Shown: in pieces, positions 36,642-50,600 of the stretch
How positions within the stretch are numbered: the stretch's first letter is position 1
Layout: the number at the start of each line of letters is the position of its first letter
Source of the DNA: Phoronis australis
Taxonomy: Eukaryota; Animalia; Phoronida
Assembly (NCBI GenBank): GCA_002633005.1
Contig: NMRA01000190.1
Location: forward strand, 310,001 to 374,000
Direction: 5' to 3'
Length of the DNA: 64,000 nt
Made by a program: the position numbers and the translations under genes
Notes under the pieces: generated by a model
Database searches by the model: none
The model's input: only the letters and a program-made list of their open reading frames with translations
Told to the model about the DNA's origin: nothing

Positions 36642-39600
36642 GTCTACCAATTTTCCTGGCATTGTTGGCTTCTTGGATTTGCTTGGACATTGCAAGAAGG
36701 CGTCCAAGTGAGCTGAGAACCACTTTCGAACTAATTGCCATTTGGGGACTGTTTGCATTGTTCTCGTTATCTAAATGGCTCATTTCCTACCGCAACGCTA
36801 AGTCAGGTCTCATCCGGAAGCAAGAAAAGTATTTGGAATGGTGTTTGAAATTAAATGGCCGAACCAAATATGGTAAGGATCACAAGCTAGACATCATAGA
36901 TTCTGTAAGCGATTTTCGTAAACGGCATCCGGTGACGACGTATGAAAATTATAGGCCTTACGTCGAGAAGTGCTTGAAGGGTGAGACCAATATTATTATT
37001 AACGAAAAATATCCCGTCAACTACGTCAGCTGGACATCTGGAACTTCCGGTAAAAATAAGGTCTATCCTTTCAACAGAAGACTTAACATATGGAACTATA
37101 TCCCTGGGAACACAGTGTCCACTAAAGTGATTCAGGAGTGTCCGTGGATGGATGTTCCGTTGCTCCCTATCGCCTTGTTATATCCTACACCCAACATTAG
37201 AAAAACGGAAATAGGCATCGACTGCTCGTGCATGAGCGGATACGTTATCGAATCATATCCTCCATTTTTGGTGACGCCGCCAAAGACAGTGTGGTCCCCT
37301 CGCAAAAGTAGTGTTCTCAATGAAAGAGAAGTCTATTACATTTCGGCCATATTTTCATTGCAAGAACGTATCTCAGCGATAGTACATAGTCTCCCGTCCT
37401 CTACGCATGCGTTCTATGTGCTTCTGGAAACGGACTGGTCACGTATTTGCGACGATATAAGAAACGGCAGAATCTGTGATTCAATCCAACTAGACACAAG
37501 CGAGAGAATCCAGTTGGAAGCTATGTTAAGCCCTAATCCGAAAAGAGCAGCGGAACTCCGTAAGGAGTTTGAACGGGGTATGAAAGGAATAGTGCGACGC
37601 ATATGGCCAGATATCTCTTGTATATTTTGCTTCCTCTCAGGATCTTTCAGTAACTATCGTGAAGTTCTAGCGCCCTATTTTGACGGTGTGCTCGTCTACA
37701 GTAACATGCACGTGTCGACGGAAGGGATTATGGGTATCAATCTTTGGCCTCGAGATGACTCGATAAAATATGCCTTGGTGCCATCTGGTGCCTTTTTTGA
37801 GTTCATACCAGAAAACGAGATAACCGACGATGAACCGACAACAGTGTTAGCTCACCAGGTATGGTTTTGTGTTTTTTGTACACTACAATTTACAATTTTT
37901 GGCATTTTGATGTAATGTTCAATAATACAAGATAGTTCCATTCTATCTAGGTTGCGAATGTGCACTGCTCAACAAACGAGTCTACGACTTTATAACTCAA
38001 TATTTACTATGTCAACTCCAGGCATGTCGCAATTTCACCACTAAAACTACAATCAGCACCATCAGAAGTTAATCCTGAATCTGCTAGTGTTGGTGACGTT
38101 AACGTGAGTAGAAGCTACCTTGTCACGTGCAAGACCGTGTTAGAAGAGATTACTTATCCGATTGTGTATCTTCTCCAACCAGGTCCAGGTAGGCAAGACC
38201 TACGAAATGATCGTTACTAACGTGCACGGTCTGTACCGCTACAGAGTTGGTGATGTGGTAAAAATAGTAGGATTTGAAGGAGATTTACCGGTCTACCAGA
38301 TCAAACATAGGTATGAACGAGGAGTTAGAATTCGGCGAAAGATCAAGGGGCTCGTTTTATCACAGGTCGCAAGTCCGGTCTTATAAAAGGTCGTAAGTTC
38401 AGTTTTAATTTGCACAAAATTAATAAACGTAGCTCGCAAAGGCGTTCGTTAAGCCTGAATACGAGAATTTACCACCTTAAGTTCTGTTGCAACGTTTCCC
38501 CCTTGTAAGGAACGTAGTGTTCAGTCTCCAGGAACGGGCTGTCTTTGCTACGACTTGACCTGCAACCTTTGATAAAACGCCTGTGACGGCCTCGTGCTAA
38601 AATCCTGGATCTCTGCATAAGCTGTCACATATGTTAAAATACTTCGATAATACCGGGGTTTTCCGTAAATAAGCCCACCCGATGAAACGCCCATGGGCGA
38701 TTATTCGAAAAATTATGCCGAAAAAACGTCCTTGGTGTTACAACTTCTGGTGTGAAGTGTCCAGACAGCGGAACGTTTACTCAGAAAATTCCCTCTAAAA
38801 GCCTACTAAGCGTCAACGTTTAGTCACACGTTCACTTTTGTGAAGAATGCATCATTTATAAAAACGAGCAAAGTACTGGCGAACTTTGCATTTATTAATA
38901 TAAAATTGAAAAACTCCTTTTTAAGTAAAAGGTGTCGAAGTCAGGAAACGTATGACTTTCCGTTTACACGCCTCCCTTTTCCGAATAAACGTCTGGGAGT
39001 TTATTTGGTGTTACTAAACGTCTGAAACTTTTTCCGAATAAATGCCCATGGGCTTATCTACGGAAAATCCCGGTATATCATCAAACTAAAACAAGTTTCC
39101 GTGGTCACGGTAGTGTATACGGTTCTCGCCTGCAGCTTACCACAGACGTCGGCGGACTAAATTGAGGAGTTCGGTTTGGCTTGAACACGCTGGATCAGTG
39201 CATTTGACGTGACACACAAGAGTAGGCAGAAAAGACGTAAAACCACTTACCGTGCGGTTGATCTGTCAAATATTGCATGTCTGTAAATTGAAATTCACAG
39301 AAATAATTTGACGAAGGTGGACATGGTTTTAGTTAAGTTTGATTATTGAAACATTTCCTTAGTCGACGCTTGTAGGCCTAAGTAAAAATCTCTCTAACTG
39401 TCTTGCTAGTGGTAACAAATGACATATGGTGCTAGTGATTATGAAATTGCAATTACTACTATCGTACGTAGTGAGGAAGTTTGCTGGTGTACAACTTTTG
39501 TTGCCTTGCTGACTCACGCTTTGTTTCCGACAGTATTATTGGCTTTCCCACAGTGCCCATCTGTAGAAAAGTTAATTCTGCCATCTGGTGATTTTGATTT

Positions 39601-42600
39601 GATTGTTGTGTATTTGTCTCCCTTGATGTCTTCGTTCTTGACCAGAGGGACAATTTCAACATAAATGGCTTCGAATGAATTGAATAATTGGTTTTACTTG
39701 TGAAATTCTGCAGATCTTACGACAATTATCTACTGCTATAATTGTTAATACCGTCTTTTATCTTGAAGAGTCGGACAGATGCTAAATGCCTATTGGGAGA
39801 AGACACCAGAAAGTGCGTTTTTAGAAGCCATTTCGAAGACGATGAGTGAATGGGGTGTCGGCATAAGTCTTACGGAGTATACTGCTACAGAGATGGTTAA
39901 TATGACAGGGCTAGGAGGTTCGTCTTCTTCATGTCAAGGCTTGTAGCTTCCTCCTGGTGCTTGACGGTCGTACTCACCTAACATGTTTATTTACAACGAT
40001 TTTATTGACTTCAATAAACTCATTCCGTCACTTGCGCTTTAGTATTTGTTACGTCTAGTTTAATCAAAAATTCTCCTAAGGGCGTTAATCATCTTAAGTC
40101 GAATTTTCCAAAACACGTTCAAAATGGCAACATTATCTTTTAATGGTAAAGGACATTTGACAGATTGTTTACCATTCGTCAAAACCGATATATACTCCCG
40201 CCCTCCATCACAAAACCAACTTTTTACTTAGATCACTTACTGTTACGGAACTGGTATCAAGNGCTTCAAACGAATTGAATGATTGGTTTTACTTGTGAAA
40301 TTCTGTAGATCTTACGACAATTATCTGCTGCTATAATTGTTAATACCGTCTTTTATCTTGAAGAGTCGGACAGATGCTAAATGCCTATTGGGAGAAGACA
40401 CCAGAAAGTGCGTTTTTAGAAGCCATTTCGAAGACGATGAGTGAATGGGGTGTCGGCATAAGTCTTACGGAGTATACTGCTACAGAGATGGTTAATATGA
40501 CAGGGCTAGGAGGTTCGTCTTCTTCATGTCAAGGCTTGTAGCTTCCTCCTGGTGCTTGACGGTCGTACTCACCTAACATGTTTATTTACAACGATTTTAT
40601 TGACTTCAATAAACTCATTCCGTCACTTGCGCTTTAGTATTTGTTACGTCTAGTTTAATCAAAAATTCTCCTAAGGGCGTTAATCATCTTAAGTCGAATT
40701 TTCCAAAACACGTTCAAAATGGCAACATTATCTTTTAATGGTAAAGGACATTTGACAGATTGTTTACCATTCGTCAAAACCGATATATACTCCCGCCCTC
40801 CATCACAAAACCAACTTTTTACTTAGATCACTTACTGTTACGGAACTGGTATCAAGCTGTTCCTTAAACAAGTTGGAGACAAGTTCAGGGCTGACAATTC
40901 GTTGTTGTTTTAGACTAGGGCCAATAGATTAGCTTGTCATGGCGTGTCATTTTATAACCCGAACATAATCTCAAGCAATTCTTTGCAAACACAGCAAACT
41001 CATCTTTAGCCAAAGTACAAGTTGAGTCCACTTTTATATTGGCAAGTGATTTAAACCAAAATATATGGCCGCTGTAATCTTCATTTTGAATTTAATATTT
41101 TACAGATCGAGAGCATTCGGGCAAACGAGGCTATGTTGTATTTGTTGAACTATCAGAGAATTCTGGCAAGTTGGTGGCAGCTCAGAAGAATCTGGTGTGT
41201 GGTGTCAGCTTTTTAAAAATGCGCTCGTGTGAAAATTCTTTACTACGGTTGTGCATGTCATCATAGATTATAAACAACAGGGCCTGGTCTCTAATCTTTG
41301 TACTCCAAACGAACTCGAAATTATTTTTGGCAATTCCTCTGCTCCTTTTGTGCGAACTTAAGATAATTGGTTATCAGACTGTGCTCGAATACATTATAGT
41401 TTATGCATAGGAGTTTCTAGTTCAAGTTTCCCCTTGAAGACCCTTATATTCTTGCTACAAACTCGAGTAAAAACTCGAAATTTCGAGTTCAAACTCGAAC
41501 TTATTGCTTTAATATTGGGTTTACAAACTGTGAACTAAGGGCAATAAATTATCTACGTAAGTTATTGTGTACTCGAGCATAGAATAATAGACACTTATCT
41601 TGAGTTCTACTGTAGAAAATGCCAAACCTAATTTCGAGTTCCATTTCAAGTAAAATGATTAGAGACCGGGCCCAGATTCGCAACTTCGACATTTTCTTGC
41701 GTAATATCGTCGAAGAGGCGCCACCTTCTAAACATAGCAAACTCAGCTTGCAGTTAGTGAATTGTGTCGGGAAATTCTTGCATTTATTTTACTGTCCTGT
41801 ACAACGAAAAAAAATTAATTTCGGATTGAAACGATGTTCAAAGTCTTCCAGTTCTGTAGTGGAACTCTTGGTATCGTGAGTACTTTTAGCACTCGACCAC
41901 AAAACAGCCTACCATGATTAGCAGACGGCGTATGTCCTATGTTTGCCAGGTGTCGCTTGTGAATAGTTACATCACGGCTTATGCGTAAGATCACAGATTT
42001 CGTCCAATGAAAATATAAGGAGTTGGCGGTCCATTACTATAGCCTATTATGCCATGTAAAAAACCTCGGGTCAGCTTTGTATTTACATTAGATATTTTTT
42101 TTGTAAATTGTAAAATTTGCCCAGTTAGCTACCAATCTTAAGAAGTAGTGGTAGGGTAAAGGAAGCAAAGGCAAAAGAATACGGCGTAAACGGTTCAGTA
42201 GAGAGCAAGCATCTTGGTTTTATAGTCTCATCCACTGAGTAAAGTTTACACGAATGACACCTACTGTGGGTTAGCTCAGTGCAGGTGAATGTGGAACCAA
42301 GATGGAGGACATTCTATTGTTTCATGTTTAGTAAGCACTCGCTAGGGAAACATTAATTTAAAAACATTTTTGTCACTATTTTTTACGTACCAACACGAAC
42401 GACTGTGTTCCCTTTAAGGACGGCCAAACCAATCACAAACTTTACAAAATTAAAGACTTCCCACCATGACTCGGTATCTCAAAAAGATTTTTTAACACCT
42501 CTTCAGAGATTTAATAGCCTTTGGTATATCTGTTACTAAGAAACAAGCCAAAATTTGAAAAATATACATTGTTATGTTATCGGGGTTTTACGTAATGGAT

Positions 42601-43783
42601 GGAAGACCGTCTCTGCCGTTGTTTTTACCAGTGCGGTACTGATGATCGAGTTGTGAGGAAAGTCCGCGGAGAGCCGCCTTTTTGCAAACATGAAAGGATG
42701 CGTTTGTGGAGGCTTTAGTAACAGCAACTTGACTGAGAACGTCTCTGTGTCCACATTTCCTAAATACGTGAAAGGTGCACAGAAGTGGCGTCGGTTTGCG
42801 CTGCGGAACGAGAATGTGGAATGTTAGTGTGGAACATGCAAGTCGGGAAAACACAAAAGTGACCCCACCATGTACCTTGTATTTGTATTTGTATAGATGA
42901 TACAAATAACAAACAAACTGCTTCCATTCTAGGGCCAGTGATGCCAGGGCCCTCGACCGCGCCCAGATCCAGTGCTACGAAACCTAGGCTTATGCATTAT
43001 GTTTAGACCGTGCTCATCCCATCATGATAATAGTGAATACGAGTGACCCGGGTTTACTGTGGCCTTTGTCAGTGATTATTAAGTGTCTATTTTGTGAATA
43101 TTGACCACCCCTTTGTTCAGTTGGTTGTGGCATTTCTCGTGCAAGTGAGCCGAGTTCATACGTCCTTAGAGCCGACGAAAGTTCGCTAAGTGGGAAATCG
43201 AATTGTCTGATTCTTCAAATACTTGAGTGTGATGCCCGTATCCACTCTCCTTTCTGTCTGCATAATAATTGTCCACTTCTCGCTCAAAATCGTCCTCGTC
43301 TTCTGATCTTTTGTGTTTCGCAATTGCAATTGATTGTCATGTGACCAAACGTCTTCCACCAATTACATCATTTGGCGGGAAACTTGGAAATAGCTATTTT
43401 TGTATCAAAATTAAAAAATATTGGCATAACAAGTGCATAATTGGTTAGATTTTATGGTATTTATTTCATATAAGCTTCGCGACACCTCAGAAACTAAGAA
43501 AATGCATGGTGGGAACTCTTTGAATTGTCCAAATGTCCTTTTCAATTTCCGGTTTCAGTTGGACGACAACTTATGCCAATGCCACGAGCTCTACGATATG
43601 CTACGACGGAACGGAAGTCTTGAGCGGATGGTGGTTCACCAGGTTAATGCCGGGACATTCTCAGCGTTACGAGATTTGATGATGGAACAGAATCAGCGTA
43701 CTGCTCCAAGTCAATTCAAAATGCCTAGAGTGCAAAGAAACAGAAATTATCTGCGATTTCTTATTAGCAATGTCGCCGAATAA
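36642..43783 (+). CDS. GHDC: GH3 domain-containing protein (GHDC-like acyl-acid amido synthetase family); first coding exon not located
   Basis: Phase-consistent exons 36642-37858, 38183-38310, 39769-39917 (duplicated at 40364-40512), 41106-41194 and 43559-43783 (stop). Motifs: HPVTTYENYRPYV, TSGTSGKNK, PNPKRAAEL, STEG, FFEFIP, GLYRYRVGDVV, QFKMPRV. Confidence 0.92.
38651..39075. mobile_element. MITE with TACCGG-type TIRs (Tc1/mariner-like), copy 2
   Basis: TACCGGGGTTTTCCGTAAATAAGCCCA pairs with TGGGCTTATCTACGGAAAATCCCGGTA. Confidence 0.75.
39668..40856. repeat. Near-identical 595-bp tandem duplication straddling an N (40262)
   Basis: 39668-40261 vs 40263-40856 differ at only a few positions near their starts. 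Confidence 0.9.
41281..41672. mobile_element. PIF/Harbinger-type MITE
   Basis: GGCCTGGTCTCTAATC...GATTAGAGACCGGGCC with 3-bp TSD CAG; related sequence at ~15460-15690. Confidence 0.7.
42418..43530 (+). mobile_element. Degenerate Kolobok-type element with THAP remnant (42690-42828) in the last GHDC intron
   Basis: TTAA-GGACGG start; MKGCVCGGFSNSN...VSVSTFPK...KWRRFA; AAAGACTTCCCACCATG pairs with CATGGTGGGAACTCTTT near 43505-43521. Confidence 0.55.
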
Positions 43784-46700
43784 GATCTTGGATGATAAAA
43801 GTTGCGTATTCGATTTGTTCCTCGATATGATTCTAAAATATTGTGAAATGTCATAGGAATTTGAAGTCCTGCAAGATAGTATATTGTAATCGACGCTTAG
43901 TTTGCCTCTTGGAAGGAGAGAAGTTTCATTCGAAGCCCTGAGACAACACGCATGGAGACTGGCTCTGAACTCTCACTGAACCCAACTTCTGTTACACAGT
44001 CCGGTGGCAGACGAGCAAATCTCACCATAACTTTGTAGTGTCTCCTACAGTGATTTTATGAATTTTTGGTTGAAGTTGGCGTGCTGATTCAAATGATACT
44101 GAGTGTTCACTTGACACTGGCTTGGTTTTTTCACAGTCCAAGATTGACGATAAGCTGGTTGCCGCATGTGATGAGAATTTAAAGTACACCATAACAGTTG
44201 ATCTAAACACAGTAGGAAACATATTTTGGCTTTATTTTTTATGTTTTTAAAACCATTCAATCCGATAGTGAAGACTGATTGAACGCTGAAAATCAAATTT
44301 TGACAAAAAATGATGTATACATATACAACCCCGATTTTGCGTGAATGTTTACACCCAAGCATGTGTGTGTGCGTGTGCAAAAGCCAGCTGCTTATGAGTT
44401 GGAAAATTACAGACATTCTTTTGCGTGGGTGTGTTGTCAGAAACAGGTGGACAGTGTTTAGATTTTACCAGTTTTCTTTGGCTGCTCTATTTCTTTTCTA
44501 ACAGATAATACTTGATCGAGATGACGGGTGAGCTCAGAACAATGATGATGTAATTTGTATACTATATAATACTTGAAAACATTCTAGTAGATTCTAGTAT
44601 ATTAGTACTTAACATCGTACCGTGGTCTGAAACATTCTAGAGCCTAGTGTATGTTTGTAGAATGATTGTGCGGAATCTGGAAAGTTCATGGAATGTGCTT
44701 GAATTCGTGAAAAGTTTCAGAATATTGCGAGAGACTATAAACATCCAGGCGAGAATCAGTGAGTTTTAAGTTAAATTAAAAGACTTTGCCAACGTTATAA
44801 AATTAGTCTCGCCTTGTCCTGACGGATATTTGAAATGGTTTCTAGTCTCAGAGAGAACATATATTGCCGTTTGCTTCATACTAGGTCCCTTTCGAATCAG
44901 TTACTTGTCGTCACGGGTTTGTTTCAATCACCAGGGCAGTATGACTGTGAGCGGAATGCCAAAGAAGTAACTGTAACATTTTCATTCTAATAGAGGTATC
45001 GCGATGACGTTCCTTTATATAAGCTTGCAAAAACATGGATATTTTAACACCAAAATGTGGTTCAGTGCGGCATTTTATGCAAATTTTCGTTCCCTTTTAG
45101 AACTCAAGTTTAAAGTTTTTTTAAAGTGGCATGGATCTCGAAAACTCGTGAAAACATGTTTTAAACGATCCCTAACGAAAGTACCTTCTTGCAACCTCTA
45201 CTACAAAGTTATCCACTTTCTCCTGTGAGGAAATTTCCAGAAAAAGTCAATTTTGTAATATAGTTCGTGCACCCTAGACAAAAATGACAAGCCCATTATG
45301 TGAGAATATGATACAGCACAGTGGAGGATAAACGTATCTAGAGTAAGCATTTGGGAACGAAATCGAGCGCTGAACCATCTTACCACATGACTTGAACATT
45401 TCCATCTGGTATACTGGCGCGTGGGTTGTCATGGCTCTCCCGTCTTTTAGAACTACCTTGTCGCACATGCCTGCATTTGATTAAGCGTGATAATAAAAGC
45501 GCTTTTGCAAAGCTAACAGTGTTTGAAATTTTTGAGACAATTCCCGCACCGTTTTAGACAACGATGTGTGAACCGTAATATGTAGTCTAGTTGCCAAAAA
45601 GCTGACCCTGCAATGTTGTTTACTGTGAAGTTTTCTTTTGGAAATTTATAATATGCGGTTAGGAGAATAAAATTAACTTGGTTGTACTTTGTGCAACTTT
45701 GAGCGGAAGCCGCTATTTTAAATTTCACCCACTTTCCACACTCTGAACATGATACCGTGTAGGATCCTGCATGCACATGCAAGACGATAAACTGTCGCAA
45801 GTGTGCAAACTACACGTATGATCTCAGTTTGTGAAGCATTCGATGTGCTGACAAAATAACTAATATCGAATTGAAAAACACATTTATTCGTTTCATATCA
45901 CATATCGTCAACATGTATGAGAACACTTGAAATCAAGTAGGAATTAATCATAGTCTTAACCTTTGCTATACACGCACATGTACAAACAGCACATGACTCT
46001 GATACGGGAACGTCTAGCGGGACCGTAGCTATGTTGGATCGGCTTCACAAACGGCCACGTCTAGAGATTGCAAACCCAGTCAGCCGGCACCTGTAAAATC
46101 ATCACGTCAAAGATGAAAAGATGAGACACGAAAAAATCCCTTGGTTTACCCTATTGACATTTTTCTAATCGGAGCAGGAAATTAGTAAGAATTTTGTCTC
46201 CTTTAGCACATGACATAATAAAAATAGCAGGATGAATAGTGATAGGCTGGTATGGCACTCTCTGCACTTTATTGTCGACGCCTTTGCGCGGCAACGTATA
46301 CCGTCAACATCGGCACATTTCCGGCTGGGAGACAAAATGTGTCAACTGCAACAATATGTGCCGTGGACGACAGCACCTGTTGTCACCAACTACTTGGCGC
46401 AAATTATTATGGATGGAAAATTATTATAAAACCGGGCAATAGCAAGTTGAACGGGTGGAAATGTGCACAAATATACATGTAGGTGATGATGGTGGTGGTG
46501 GTGATTGTGGTGGCGGTGGTGATGGTGATGTTAGCGCTGACATTGCTAACAGGTGAAAGACAAATAAGAAACTGAAAGTAAGTTTAAGTCATCAGGGTAC
46601 ATTGAATGTGTACACTGTATCACCGATTTTTATAATCAACATTTCCGCCGTAAACCTATGAGAGGTCAACATTATGTAGATCCGACATCGACACTCCAGT

Positions 46701-47198
46701 GGTTAGGCAGCTCTGGTATTCAAGCTTCACTTTTGTAAATTAAGTAGCACCATGATTTCAGTCAGAAACAAGTTTTGATTTAGGTCAATGCCATTATGAA
46801 ATTGGTCTCAAATTGTTCTTTAGTCAAAATAGATGTGCTTTCGGAGCTTGAAAAAAATGACAGTTCGTCAATTCTGTAAAACAATCTCATAACATTCCAG
46901 GTTCCTTATCCGTTTAACCTGAGTGAAGCGACGGAGTCATGAATCATTTGCAGGCATTAAAGCGGCTAAATCGAGCTTGTTCAGCGTAGATCCATGGAAG
47001 ATCACGCAAGTCTTCGCGAGACATCGCCATGTAAGACATTCTTGTGACACGTAGCTTTATTTAGGAAATTCTTGCGTTCCCAGATGGTTAAAGATGAATA
47101 AATTTTAATGTACGTCAAAGGGTCTAAGGATTCCGGTCACTGCAGTTTTAGTCCAGTATTTTTAAATATTGTTAGGGGTTCAATAATGTGAGCTCCAA

Positions 47199-47630
47199 TG
47201 CTCGGTTGCATAAAACACTCCCAAATAGGGACTCAACTAAGTTCCCTAAATCTACTGCGTATTCTTGGACTTGTATTAACATCGATCGCTCTTTCTTGAA
47301 TTGTTTTAGTTTCACTACTAAGTCCACTTTTGAGTTTGATACACATGGAGAGTGAACGCTACGTTGAATTGTCAATATTATCGAAAATAATTAGGGATCT
47401 TTTCATGCAACACCCCCAATTTAAGGACTGAGTCCCTAATTATTTTCGATGAACTCTGGGTTCGGTTTTTAGTGCAATTATTAGAAAATGTCATCAATCA
47501 AAGAGGATCTCATAATGAGTATGAAATGATAGAAAAATATTGCATATGTGAGTCCATAAAGACACAAATAGCAAAAAGACTTATGGACCTTAGTTGAGTC
47601 CCTATTTGGGACTGTTTCATGCAACCGGCC
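47199..47630. mobile_element. PIF/Harbinger-type MITE
   Basis: CGGTTGCATAAAACACTCCCAAATAGGGACTCAACTAAG pairs with CTTAGTTGAGTCCCTATTTGGGACTGTTTCATGCAACCG. Confidence 0.7.
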
Positions 47631-47642
47631 ACAAAAGTCTAC

Positions 47643-50600
47643 CTCTACACCTTTGAGAAACAACTTGCTCATGTCGCACACTAGTTGTCCACATTTAGTC
47701 GACAGGGTATCACGGAATGGGTATAGGGTTTTGTCCTTATAGTAACACGGTTGTGGTATCGGCGGTAGAGTTGGAGCGCACTCGTAGTCGTCCGGAGGAA
47801 ACGAAGCACATCAGTTGAATCCAAAACAACGGGCAACTTTGAAACACAGTGGTTATTATTGCATTGTGGGTACTTTATTCAGATTATCACATCTCATGTT
47901 CATAACTTTTTTGCACATGCCATCCACATGTACTTGTACGTACGGATTCAAATGCGTGTTTTCTGTTCATTGCTGCATGGCTTATTTACAGAAATTAGAT
48001 ATCGCTGTGGATGTTCAGAAATGTTAATGTATAGCTACTGGCATCCTCTGCCTTTTTCAAAATCGTTGAAAGTACGTACACACGTTGTAGCCTATATAGG
48101 TGGTTGCGTTCAGGAAACTTTAAATAGTAACAACAGCGCATTACGTCCACTCACTACAGTGCATTCTTCAAAAGAGTGAACATTTCAAAATAAACGCTTT
48201 AACTTCCACACATCGATCGACCCTACCAAAATTGGACGAGCTTCTTGCCATAACAATTTGCCAGTTTAATAGAAATTCTGCTTCAATAAAGAAGCATGTT
48301 TTTCGCTGTTTAGCTGTCGTGTCGTTCTAAAAATATACTCCTTTCAGATAGGCCTACTCGATATTCTAAAAGCCAAATAAACCTCCGAAGTATGTCTTTC
48401 TGTCTTTCACCCAACGTAAGCAAATGAGACTTTTTTGTACTGGAAAATACCAGCTGGCAGAGAACGACACTGTATTACTAACCGATGTTAGAGCTTTGTA
48501 AACATCATGGCTACATGCCAGATGTACAGCAACTTGGGTCAGAAGTCTAGAACCGAAGGCAAAATACTAAGGCCACTGTACGAGTTACACCTAAATGGCA
48601 AATCAGTATATGAGACCGACCACGTTTTTTGGCTCGCGTGGTAACTTACTTTACTCCCGTCCAAATACAATCTGCCCTTGTCGCAAACCAATTTACCACA
48701 AAATGTTACATATTCTTGAAGCGGGTCAATGGTTCTGCCTTGGTAATGACACGGCGGTGGTAGCGGTGGTGAAAGTTCTGGCTTGCAAAGGTAGTCAAAT
48801 GGAACCTGAATGAAATAACCAAACAGACGCGCAGAAAGTCTGAATAACATACAGGGTTTGAGATCATCGTGGGAAAACTAAAACTGACACATTTCACATG
48901 CGTGCGAAAATCATGGACAGTGAAACGGTTATATGTAAATCGATCCTCGAAAATAATGTACTTTTACTACTTGACGAAGCCTGTTTTTTGATATACGTGT
49001 TAGAGCGGAGGTCACTAAATATGGTTTGAGCTAACCTGAAACGCATGGGAGTTTCAATACGGGAAAGTAAAAACCCTTTTTCGAATTAATTCGTTTGTAC
49101 AGTTACCAGGGAAATCATGAATGTATGCTGGAAAATCGATGGAAAAATAAGACAAAATTTGAGAGGATCCATGCTGCAGTTAAAACAATTATCTTGGTCA
49201 CTTGGCATCGACAGTGTCGGTTGGAGTTTTATCCGTCTGTGTGTGTAGTCCATTCAATCTTCAGTGTCTCCAGGCAGCCGGCAAATATTAAGTCCGAATT
49301 TTGACGCTTAGCAACAAGTTCTCAAAATTGAGCGCTTTTGTGAGTCGAGGCTCACACGATTTACAATGTCACGCCAGAGAATGAATATCTTTCTTTTTTC
49401 ACATTTGTACCAACTGGAAGAGAACGAGTTGTATTACTAACCGATGTTCTGGGTTTGTAAACATGATGGCTCAATGTCAAATCCCTTGACCGGGATATAC
49501 ATGTACAGCAACTTTGGTTAGACTTCAGAAGTCTAGAACCAAAGGCCAAATATTGAGGCTGGACCCACGTCTGTACTAGTTACACTTTGAGGGCCAGTCA
49601 GTATTTGAGACCAGCCACGAGATTGTTTTTGCCTTGCACGATAACTTACTTCACTCCCGTCCAAATACAATTTGCCCATATCGCAAACCAATTTACCACA
49701 TTCTGTTAGGTATGAGTCTTGGAACGGGTGCATGGTTCTGCCTTCGTAATGACACGGAGGTGGCAGCGTTGATGGCGTTGGTGGCGATGTTGGCGTTGGT
49801 TCCGATGTTGGCGTTGGTTGCGATGTTGGTGTTGGTGGCGATGCTGGCGTTGGTGGCTTGCAAACGTAATCAGATGGAACCTGAATGAAATACCCAAACA
49901 GTCGTGCTGAAAGCCTGAATAACATACAGGGCTTGAGATCATCGTGGGAAAGCTGAAAATGGCACATTTTACATGCGTGCGAAAATCATGGACAGTGAAA
50001 CGGGTCAAGTGTAAATCGATATTCAAAAATGTATACTTTTAATGGTTGCTAAAGCCTGTTTTTTGATATACGAGTTAGAATGGTGGCACTAAATAAGGAG
50101 TTTCAATACGGGAAAGTAAAAACGCTTTTCGAATGAAGTCGTTTGTTCACTCGCTTAAATCTGGCAACAACCGCTTGGAAAGATACTATGCACTTTGGGA
50201 AGACAACTATTGGGAAAATAAAGAATTTATACTGGAAAAGCGATGGAAAAATACGACAACATTTGAGAGGAACCATGCAGCAGCTAAAATAGTTAACCTA
50301 GTCATTTGACATCGCCAGTGTCGGTTCGAGTTTTAAGCGTCTGTGTGTGTGTGTGTTTAGTACATTCATTCACCAATGTCTCCAGGTAGCCGGCAAATAG
50401 CAAGTCCGAAATTTGACATTTAGCAACGAGTTCTCGAAATTGAGCGTTTTCGGGTGTCGAATAAAAATAATAAATAGTAACAACAGCGCATTACGTCCAC
50501 TCACTACAGTGCATTCTTCAAAAGAGTGAACATTTCAAAATAAACGCTTTAACTTCCACACATCGATCGACCCTACCAAAATTGGACGAGCTTCTTGCCA

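Noticed and set aside
46252-46482. Plus-strand Cys-containing 76-aa ORF as a small toxin
   Set aside because: No hydrophobic signal peptide; the minus-strand reading as part of the module gene explains the region better.
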